64,000 bases of DNA, from contig OZ024757.1 in NCBI GenBank assembly GCA_964016885.1, forward strand, positions 33,914,001-33,978,000. The letters run 5' to 3'. Both the position numbers and the translations under genes were made by a program. The stretch comes from Eledone cirrhosa. Lineage: Eukaryota. Below the pieces are notes generated by a model that searched no databases, was not told where the DNA came from, and saw nothing but the letters and a program-made list of their open reading frames with translations. Below, in pieces: positions 53,180-64,000 of the stretch (position 1 is the first letter of the stretch; every line of letters starts with the position of its first letter).

Positions 53180-55640
53180 AACCACCATTAACATCACCAC
53201 CACTACCAACATCACCACCACTACCACCATCAACATCACCACCACTACCACCATCAACATCACCACCACTACCACCACCAACATCACCACCACTACCACC
53301 ATCAACATCACCACCACTACCACCATCAACATCACCACCACTACCACCACCAACATCACCACCACTACCACCATCAACATCACCACCAATACCACCATCA
53401 ACATCACCACCACTACCACCACCACTACCACTATCAACATCACCACCACTACCACCACCACTACCACCATCAACATCACCACCACTACCACCATCAACAT
53501 CACCACCACTACCACCATCAACATCACCACCACTACCAACATCACCACCACTACCACCATCAACATCACCACCACTACCACCATCAACATCACCACCACT
53601 ACCACCACCACTACCACTATCAACATCACCACCACTACCACCACCACTACCACCATCAACATCACCACCACTACCACCACCACTACCACCATCAACATCA
53701 CCACCACTACCACCATCAACATCACCACCACTACCACCATCAACATCACCACCACTACCACCATCAACATCACCACCACTTCCACCATCAACATCACCAC
53801 CACTACCACCATCAACATCACCACCACTACCACCATCAACATCACCACCACTACCACCATCAACATCACCACCACTACCACCATCAATATCACCATCAAC
53901 ATCACCACCACTACCAACATCACCACCACTACCACCATCACCATCACCACCACCAACATCACCACCACTACCACCATCAACATCACCACCACTACCACCA
54001 TCAACATCACCACCACTACCACCATCACCATCACCACCACCAACATCACCACCACTACCACCACCAACATCACTACCACTACCACCATCACCACCACCAA
54101 CATCACCACCACTACCACCATCACCATCACCACCACCAACATCACCACCACTACCACCATTAACATCACCACCACTACCACCATCAACATCACCACCACT
54201 ACCACCATCAACACCACCATCACTACCACCATCAACATCACCACCACTACCACCATCACCATCACCACCACCAACATCACCACCACTACCACCATCAACA
54301 TCACCACCACTACCACCATTAACATCACCACCACTACCACCATCAACATCACCACCACTACCACCATCAACATCACCACCACTATCACCATCAACATCAC
54401 CACCACTACCACCATCACTACCACCATCAACATCACCACCACTACCACCACCACTACCACCATCAACATCACCACCACTACCACCATCAACATCACCACC
54501 ACTACCACCATTAACATCACCACCACTACCAACATCACCACCACTACCACCATCAACATCACCACCACTACCACCATTAACATCACCACCACTACCACCA
54601 TCAACATCACCACCACTACCACCATTAACATCACCACCACTACCACCATCAACATCACCACCACTACCACCACCACTACCACCATCAACATCACCACCAC
54701 TACCACCATTAACATCACCACCACTACCACCATTAACATCACCACCACTACCACCATCAACATCACCACCACTACCACTACCAACATCACCACCACTACC
54801 ACCACCAACATCACCACCACTACCACCACCAACATCACCACCACTACCACCATCAACATCACCACCACTACCACCACCAACATCACCATTAACATCACCA
54901 CCACTACCACCATCAACATCACCACCACTACCACCATCAACATCACCACTACTACCACCATCAACATCACTACTTGCACTACCACCATCACTACCACCAT
55001 CAACATCACCACCACTACCACTACCAACATCACCACCACTACCACTACCAACATCACCACCACTACCACCATCAACATCACCACCACTACCACCACCACT
55101 ACCACCATCAACATCACCACCACTACCACCATTAACATCACCACCACTACCACCATCAACATCACCACCACTACCACTACCAACATCACCACCACTACCA
55201 CCATCAACATCACCACCACTACCACTACCAACATCACCACCACTACCACCACCAACATCACCACCACTACCACCATCAACATCACCACCACTACCACCAC
55301 CAACATCACCATTAACATCACCACCACTACCACCATCAACATCACTACCACTACCACCATCAACATCACCACCACTACCACCATTAACATCACCACCACT
55401 ACCACCACCACTACCGCCATTAACATCACCACCACTACCACCATCAACATCACCACCACTACCACCATTAACATCACCACCACTACCACCACCACTACCA
55501 CCACCACTACCACCATTAACATCACCACCACTACCACCATCAACATCACCACCACTACCACCACCAACATCACCATTAACATCACCACCACTACCACCAT
55601 CAACATCACCACCACTACCACCATCAACATCACTACTTGC
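53180..55640 (+). repeat. 24-bp minisatellite (atcaacatcaccaccactaccacc)n, ~2.4 kb
   Basis: Period of 24 (53229 to 53253); source of the 888-aa poly-V/M artefact ORF. Confidence 0.95.
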
Positions 55641-56302
55641 ACTACCATCACCACCACCACCAACATTTCTACCATCACTACCACCAACAACACCAACATT
55701 ACTGCCATCAGCTTCACAACCACCACCATCAATATCACCACCAACACCAACACCATCACCATCAAAACCATTACAATCATCATAACCACCATTATCACCT
55801 TAACCATCGACACCACAACCACCGACACCCCTTATCATCACCAACACCGACACCGACACCATCAACACCTTACCATGATCGACAGCCTCTGCCAATCATC
55901 ATCACCAACACCACCACTACCACCATCACCATCAACGTCATCACCACCATCACCGTCATCACCACCATCCCCACCACCAACAACACTTACCCCCCCCCCC
56001 CCATCACCACCATCACCAACATCACTTACACCACCGCCATAACCATCACCAACAGTTACACCACTACCATCACCACCACCACCACCACCACCACCGCCAC
56101 CATCACCACCATCATCATCATCACCGCCGCCACCACCACCACCACCCCTCTACATTCATCACCATGACGTCATGGCAACGACCATTATTAGAGTCTTTTG
56201 ACTTTAACGAGAGAGAAACACATCTATGACTCATTCCTAATGTTGTTGTTCCTCGCTTCGGCTTATCGCAATACAACACACACACACACGTATATATATA
56301 GC

Positions 56303-56379
<77 letters not shown>

Positions 56380-57339
56380 ATATATATAGCAACACACACA
56401 CACACACACGTATATATATAGCAACACACACACACACACGTATATATATAGCAACACACGCACACACACGTATATATATAGCAACACACACGTACACACA
56501 CACACACACGTATATATATAGCAACACACACACACACACACGTATATATATAGCAACATACACACACGTATATATATAGCAACATACACACACACACACG
56601 TATATATATAGCAACACACACACGTACACACACACACGTATATATATAGCAACATACACCCACACACGTATATATATAGCAATATATACACACACACACA
56701 CACACACGTATATATATATAGCAACATACACATTCACACATGTATATATCAACATGCACATATACATACACATACACACACACACGTGTATATATAGCAA
56801 CATACACATTCACACATGTATATATCAACATGCACATATACATACACACACACACGTGTATATATAGCAACATACATACACATGCATATATATAACACAC
56901 ACACACATGTATATATCAACATACACATGTATATATCAACATACACATACATACGCACATGTATATATCAACATACACATACATACGCACATGTATATAT
57001 CAACATACACATGCACATGTATATATATCAACATACACACATGTATATATAACAACATACACACATGTATGTATGTATGTATGTCAACATACACACACTC
57101 ACAATCACTCATATACAGTAACACAAACATATACATACATATATATAGCACTCACACACACACACAATCACTCATATACAATAACACAAACATATACATA
57201 CATATATATAGCACTCACACACACACACACACACACATATACAGTAACACAAACATATACATACATATATATATAGCACTCACACACACACATATATACA
57301 GTAACACAAACATATACATACATATATATATATAGCACT

Positions 57340-57406
<67 letters not shown>

Positions 57407-57683
57407 CGTTGAACAAACGAGCAACGATGGTTGCTGGACACTACGGCTTAATACGGGATGTTTGTTTACAAACACATCGAGCATTATAATAAGTGTTCGG
57501 TGAATCCATACGTACATATGTATATATGTGTGCATGTATGTACATATATATACATACTACTGTACGTCTGTATACATATATGTATGTACGTGTACATACT
57601 TATATTTAAGTAACAGCCGTACTAAGAGTGGGAAATGAAATTTCGTTTCATTTTTTCCGTTTATATATATATATATATATTCC

Positions 57684-57830
57684 TTTTATTATAGAAATGG
57701 CTTCATATAAATAAAACAGTTCTAGTCCTGTAGAAGTCATTTCTATAATAAAATGAATATACTTAAACTGTCATTTCTATAATAAAATGAATATACTTAA
57801 ACTTATACTTTTAACTGTTGTCGGTTCCTG
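57684..57830. mobile_element. Family A remnant with short inversion and ~33-bp tandem duplication
   Basis: ttttattatagaaatggcttc / gaagtcatttctataataaaa flank 'aaacagttctagtcctgta'. Confidence 0.7.
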
Positions 57831-58038
57831 ATTTACATTTACACACACATATATATATATATTTATATATATATGAAGATATGTACGGATAAAATTTGTT
57901 TGTGTAGATCAGTGTACAAACAAAAATAAACAATTAAAATTGCTTTCCAAAGTATTTTCTCAACATGGTCTTTGCATGCGGTACGAGAATAGTCCAAAAA
58001 GATAGATCAAAGTACAGTATCCAGGTGGAAGATCTAGG

Positions 58039-58117
<79 letters not shown>

Positions 58118-58292
58118 AATGAAAAGTATAGAAATTATTGTAGCAAGAAGCCAACAGTATTCCCTAATATATAAATATATAATAGAATATAAAGGAAAAA
58201 CGAACACAGATATATACATATGTGTTCAAATCGTAAGGGACCAGATTCGCTAAGGAGAGACTATTTTGAGTTCCTAACTCAATGTATACCTT

Positions 58293-58352
<60 letters not shown>

Positions 58353-58354
<2 letters not shown>

Positions 58355-58770
58355 TTATATTTTGGGAGGGTCATGCTGCCAAAAAAAAAAAAAAACACAC
58401 GCACCTGTTGGTTTTCATTTCAATTTATTACAAATTTCCAGTTGGTTGGTTTAATAACCCGATGGTTGTTTATTTATTCTCAAAGCTCTTTCGTCACATA
58501 TATAACAAATTACTCACTGAGGAGGTTCTTTCATCACACATTTTGTGACCTCCTCAGTGACTAATTTTGTTTCTAATTTGTTATATATGTGACGAAAGAG
58601 CTTTGAGAATAAATAAACAACCATCTGGTTATTAAACGAACCAACTGGAAATTTGTAATAAATTGAAATGAAAATCAACAGGTAGAATGACCCTCCCAAA
58701 ATATAACAATATCTTTTCCAACAAACGTGTTCAGATAAGAAATCTTGTAAAAACAATACAAAATCCAAGC
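58353..58770. mobile_element. Family D-related nested fold-back element with hammerhead cores at the centre
   Basis: Outer arms ~58353-58512 / 58574-58708. Inner IR tcactgaggaggt (58514-26) / acctcctcagtga (58548-60). Minus-strand core CTGAGGA-g-gtcaca-aaatg-tgtgat-GAAA-gaac. The arms carry gtgac-GAAA-gagc-TT-tgag. Confidence 0.8.
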
Positions 58771-59628
58771 ATATATATTAGATATCATTGTCAATCTTGT
58801 CCGATGACCTGTGTAACAGGTCATTGACTCGAGCTTAATAAAATTAAATTACACACACACACATATACATATATATATATATACATACATGATATACATA
58901 CATGATGACTGCAAACTCTGCAATCACTTGTCAGATTATAGAGTTTGGTGCACTTTTAAACTACCACCAGCCACACGAACCCGCAACAGCCTGAACAAGC
59001 AATGCTTGTGCTTTGAAGGTTTTTTTAAGTGGCGAAAGGCCTTGCACTCGACCAATCCCACTCTCTGAGCATCGAAAACACTACCCGAAAAGGAGAACTA
59101 GTCAGCATCATTGGATGCTTTCGAAGCCACAGGCTTTTTTTTTTCTTCAGAGTTTTCCTCTCCTTGAAAGGTCTTTGTGACAACAACTGGGGGTCTTTCA
59201 CTCCCAGGTAAAAAATAAAGAAAGAACACAATTAGTTAGGAAATTACAAGTACAATCCATTAATGGAACAGTAAAAATATGTAAAACATTCCAAAAAGTT
59301 TGCATCTAATAACTGCATATACACATGTACAGATACAAAGCATATACACATGCACACATACAACTCAAAACATCCACATCCACACATACAATAACAACCA
59401 TATCTACACATGCATGCATGCAGACATATCTCCCTAGTTGATGTTGTGTAAATTCCAATGAGAGAGTCTTGTGTCTATGTTAGAAACTGACTCCCTCTCT
59501 ATTGGTAAACATTTGTGAAATTATAAAACCAGAAGAACATAGATACATATATATTGTAAGGATCGTCTAGTTTCTTGAAACCTTTGGTTGAAATAATTAT
59601 ATTGTGTTGTTTATTATGTAATTAAATA

Positions 59629-59687
<59 letters not shown>

Positions 59688-59693
<6 letters not shown>

Positions 59694-59775
59694 TCTACTT
59701 TAGGCACAAGGCCAGCAATTACCCAGTTCATTACTGGTACTTTATTTTATCGACCCCGTAAGGATGAAAGGCAAA
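59688..59775 (-). mobile_element. SINE 3' fragment
   Basis: ttgtttctactttaggcacaaggccagcaatt..atcgaccccgtaaggatgaaaggcaaa. Confidence 0.85.
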
Positions 59776-60397
59776 TGCCATCGATATATACATATATATA
59801 TATATATCGATGGCATTGGTGTCATTACCCTCCATTTTTTTCTTTTATTTTTTTAAAAAGGGGTTCAAGCCCCGAAATATCATGGAATAAAAGGGGAAAA
59901 TATAGTTTTTCACTCTTATATTTCTAACTTACATTACAATGTCTTTACCGAAACAACCTTAACAGGAGGATTCTCTCTATTATCAAAGCAGTAGGAACAA
60001 ACCCACGTATTAATAGTCTCGGATATGATATAAGGATGAAACAATGTCACACAAACGTGCCTTATGTGCCTCACCCGTCTGCACCTTCTTTGCCGGCACA
60101 AATTACAGTTTATAGTCGACAGATAAACAACAATGATCTTTATGAAACCATAAACATTACAATATACAGGGCCGGACTAACCACACGGGCTATTGGGTAC
60201 TACCCGATGGGTCGCTCGACTGGGTAGAGAAGAAAATAAACAGATGAAAAAGTGTCACAAAAAACTGAAACCATAACTGCTGCACAAAAATTGAAACGAA
60301 AATGGAACACAACGCAGAGTGGATGTTCTTTTAACGCCAATTAACCAGTGAAAAAAAAAACCCAGACATATTTCACTTTTATTATAACTTCGCGGTT

Positions 60398-60700
60398 AAG
60401 TTATAATTGTTTCTACTTTAGGCACAAGGCCAGCAATTACCAAGTACCAGTAATGCACTGGATAATTGCTGGCCTTGTGCCTAAAGTAGAAACAATTATA
60501 ACTTCGCGGTGGGTTGGCAGTATCGGTGAGGGTCGGACGCCATGCTTTGCAGCACAGTTACGTCCCTTTACGGATTGTGTTCAAATCCCGCCGAGGTTAA
60601 CTTTGCTTTTCATCCTTACGGGGTCGATAAAATAAAGTACGAGTAATACACTGGGATAATTGCTGGCCTTGTGCCAAAAGTAGAAACAATTATAACTTCG
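60398..60700 (+). mobile_element. Full SINE (60506-60690) preceded by a fold-back of two SINE tails
   Basis: Perfect 42-bp IR 60398-60439 / 60463-60504. 'attataacttcg' is repeated at 60381, 60495 and ~60688. Confidence 0.85.
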
Positions 60701-60809
60701 ACAGCGAAGCAAAACTATCATACCGAGGGCTTGATAGCGATATAAAAACACACACACACTCCACCTCCATATATATTATATATATGTGTGTGTGTGTGTG
60801 TGTACATAA

Positions 60810-60841
<32 letters not shown>

Positions 60842-60906
60842 GTGTACACACACACACATATATATATATATCAAAATAAAGATTCGAAGGCATGGTATAA
60901 ATTTCC

Positions 60907-60997
60907 AATCATTTTAATCACGACATGTTTCAATAAGAGATAGATCGATCGTGTAGCCATGATCGAGTATCACTGATCTCGTCAGGTGAAAATGACT
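60907..60997 (-). ncRNA. Type I hammerhead (mirror copy; palindromic CATG loop III)
   Basis: Minus strand reads tcac-CTGACGA...GAAA-CATG-TC-gtga (tcgtcag at 60979-85; gacatgtttc at 60922-31). Confidence 0.75.
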
Positions 60998-61165
60998 TGT
61001 CTTCAAATCCTTGATATGAGGGAGAAAATTAATGGTGTTAACACATAGAGTTTAGTCCCTCATATGAAGATCAAGCAGTTTTCACTGCTTGATCTTCATA
61101 TGAGGGACTAAACTCTATGAGTGAATACCATTAATTTTCTCCCTCATATCAAGGATTTGAAGACA

Positions 61166-61258
61166 AGTCATTTTCACCTGACGAGGTCAGTGATAATCGA
61201 TCATGGCTACACGATAGATCTATCTCTTATTGAAACATGTGTCGTGATTAAAATGATT
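61166..61258 (+). ncRNA. Type I hammerhead ribozyme with extended bulged stem I
   Basis: tcac-CTGACGA (61178-84)-long imperfect stem II-GAAA (61232-35)-catgtg-TC-gtga. Stem I extends agtcattt/aaatgatt past a small bulge. Confidence 0.75.
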
Positions 61259-61596
61259 GGAAATTTATACCATGCCTTCGAATCTTTATTTTGATATAAA
61301 CACTCCGTTTTACATCATCTAGCTGTTCCCATAAATGGAATTGGAGATATTCAAAAGCGTGGAGAACTTAATATTGCTAACAAAAATTTATTGGGCCGTT
61401 TGACACAACCAATAATACACCTTACTATATATATATATATATATATATATGTACGTATATATATATATGTTTATGTATGTACGTATATATATATATGTTT
61501 ATATATATATATATGTTTATGCATGTATACATATATGTATATACATAAATATATATATATATGTGTTTATGTATATACATATATATATATGCATAA

Positions 61597-61628
<32 letters not shown>

Positions 61629-61819
61629 GCATAAATATATATACCTGTATATACATATATATATATGCATAAATATATATTTATATGTGTTTATGTATGT
61701 GTGTATATATATATATATATACATGTATATACATATATATATGCATAAATATATATATATATATGTGTGTTTATGTATGTGTGTATATATATATACCTGT
61801 ATATACATATATATATGCA

Positions 61820-61850
<31 letters not shown>

Positions 61851-61893
61851 GTTTATGTATGTGTGTATATATATATATATATATACATACATG

Positions 61894-61956
<63 letters not shown>

Positions 61957-61973
61957 GTGTTTATGTATGTGTG

Positions 61974-62007
<34 letters not shown>

Positions 62008-62012
62008 TATTT

Positions 62013-62207
62013 ATAGGAACGAGTAGGACCCCGACGGCTGAGCTCAAGCCGTTTCGACGGCTAATTCCAGAATTACCCGTCGAAACGGCTTGAGCTCAGC
62101 CGTCGGGGTCCTACTCGTTCCTATTACCCACTCTACTACCCTAAGTATTGAGTACTTTGGTGCGTTATGGTCCACTTGCTTCCTTACCACATTTCCTTCG
62201 TTACACC
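62013..62207 (+). mobile_element. Family B fold-back element with one-sided tail
   Basis: IR ataggaacgagtaggaccccgacggctgagctcaagccgtttcgacgg / ccgtcgaaacggcttgagctcagccgtcggggtcctactcgttcctat centred at ~62068, then an ~80-bp tail. TA flanks. Confidence 0.88.
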
Positions 62208-62290
62208 ATTATATATATATATATATGAGAGTGGATGGTCATGGTTGGATCAGGATTGAGCTGAGGCTAAGCACAGTTGATTCGAAGGCA

Positions 62291-62324
<34 letters not shown>

Positions 62325-64000
62325 TCAACATCAACAACAACAACCAGTTGTTGTTATTTACATTCTTATGTTATGCATAGCTCTCCACAAATCCAACAGA
62401 AATTTGCAGGAATGTCGCTGTGTGTGTGTGTGTGTGCGTCTGTGTGTGTGTGTCTGTGTGTGTGTTTACCTGTACGTAACGACCACGTTCCTGCGTGTGT
62501 CAGCGTGTGTTTGTGTTTCCGTGTGGGCAAGTGTATGTTTGTGCGTATTTTTGAGAGAAAATGTGTGTGTGTGAGTGTCTGTGTGTGTGTGTGTGTGTGT
62601 GTGTAAGTGTCTATCTAGTGCGTACGTATGCGCCATTCCAGCATGCTTGTCTATATTTATGTGCAAATGCGCACGCGTGTATCTTGCCGGTGCACGTGTA
62701 CCGAAATATAAACACGCACATACACACACATATATACACACACACATACACACATATATACACGTATACACGTACGCCAAAAACGGATGCACGTACTGTA
62801 ATGCATGTTGTGTGGGAGTGAATGAGTGTGAGAAATAAATCAATGTGCTTGTATGAATGCGCGCGTGTGCGTAAAGATGAATGAACGTGTATATGTATGT
62901 ATGCGTGTGTGTATCAGTGAATGTGTGAGTGTGTGTGTATATGAATGTGTGAGTATGTGTGTGTGTATGAGTGTGTGTGTGTGTGAGTGTGTGTAAATGC
63001 ATGTGTGAATGTGTCAATGAATGTGTGACTGTGTGAGAGTGTGTATGTGTGTGAAAATGCATGAGTGTGTCCATGAATGTGTGAGTGTGTAAGTGCATGT
63101 GTGAGTGTGTCCATTAATGTGTGAGTGTGTCCATGAAAGTGTGAGTGTGTGTGTGTGTATATGAGTGTGTGTGTAAATGCATGTGTGAATGTGTCAATGA
63201 ATGTGTGACTGTGTGAGAGTGTGTATGTGTGTGAAAATGCATGAGTGTGTCCATGAATGTATGTGAGTGTGTAAGTGCATGTGTGAGTGTGTTCATTAAT
63301 GTGTGTGAGTGTGTATGTATGTGTGTGTAAGTGCATATGTGTCCATTAATATGTGAATGTGTCCATGAAAGTGTGAGTGTGTCCATGAATGTGTGTGCGT
63401 GTGTGTGTGTGAGTGTCTCCATGAATGTGTGTGTGTGTGTGTGTGTGTAAATGCATATGTGACTGGCCATGAATGTGTGACTGTGTGAGAGTGTGTTCAC
63501 TTAACTTCTATTTCTCCTCATATTTTTCTCGCTTCATTTTCCCTTTACTGCATGTGTCTTTCTCTCTCTCTCTCTCTGCCTATCTCTCTCTCCCACCCTC
63601 TCTATCTATCTACCCCCCTCCCCATCTCTTTCATCCTTTCTCTTTTTATCCCTTTCTTCCGTTTTCTTTTTCTCTCTCTATCTCAAAGATTCATGTATGT
63701 ATGAATATATGTATATATGCATGAATGTATATATGAATATATATATATGTGTGCGTATAAATGCATGTATGTATGTGTATGTATGCATGTATGTGTATGT
63801 GTGTATCTATGTATTTATGTATATATGAATGCATGTATGTATGTACATACGTAAGTACGCATATATGTATGAATATATGTATATATATATATATGTAAGT
63901 ATATATGTATGTATATATGCATGTATATATGCACGTATGTATTATGTATGTATATATGTATTATGTAGGTATATATGTACGTAAGCATGTATGAATGTGT

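Larger units (their letters stand above)
60867..61426. mobile_element. Fold-back element (family F), ~212-bp arms plus ~130-bp one-sided tail, hammerhead on each strand
   Basis: Palindrome 60867-61298 centred at 61080-83 (aagcagt-tttc-actgctt). Tail 61299-61426 on the right arm only. (TA)n on both sides. Confidence 0.9.

Noticed and set aside
53162-55828. 888-aa ORF and the other long low-complexity ORFs (e.g. 830-2212, 7179-9272, 20407-21849, 38461-40261)
   Set aside because: These are translations of micro/minisatellites that lack stop codons. They are open in several frames and show no domain signal.

Overview
This is eukaryotic, AT-rich DNA saturated with microsatellites. It is probably octopus/coleoid intronic or intergenic sequence, inferred from the repeat landscape and SINE type. 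I found no credible intact host gene. Nearly all long ORFs in the track are artefacts of (TA)n, (CA)n, (GA)n, (GGT)n and minisatellite arrays. The real coding remnants are transposon-derived: an RTE-clade LINE 3' end (5.5-6.1 kb), an RTE fragment (10.8-11.8 kb), a Buster/Charlie-type hAT with TIR and 8-bp TSD (24310-26941) nested in an RTE-like LINE, an R4/Dong-like LINE (47.3-49.7 kb), and L1/Tx1-like 3' ends in (GATA)n. There are also many tRNA-derived SINEs and some MITEs. The main hidden signal is a dense set of short non-coding elements, nearly all embedded in (TA)n tracts, carrying type I hammerhead ribozyme (HHR) motifs (CTGANGA-stem II-GAAA-stem III-UH). I count about 15-20 loci, some with only partial cores, in at least 7 sequence families. 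Many are fold-back palindromes with an HHR on each strand, and their inversion or truncation points cluster at the ribozyme. One is a canonical HHR inside a 451-bp unit with an ~89-bp terminal redundancy, which is retrozyme/circular-RNA-like. All folds were read by eye and none was computed.
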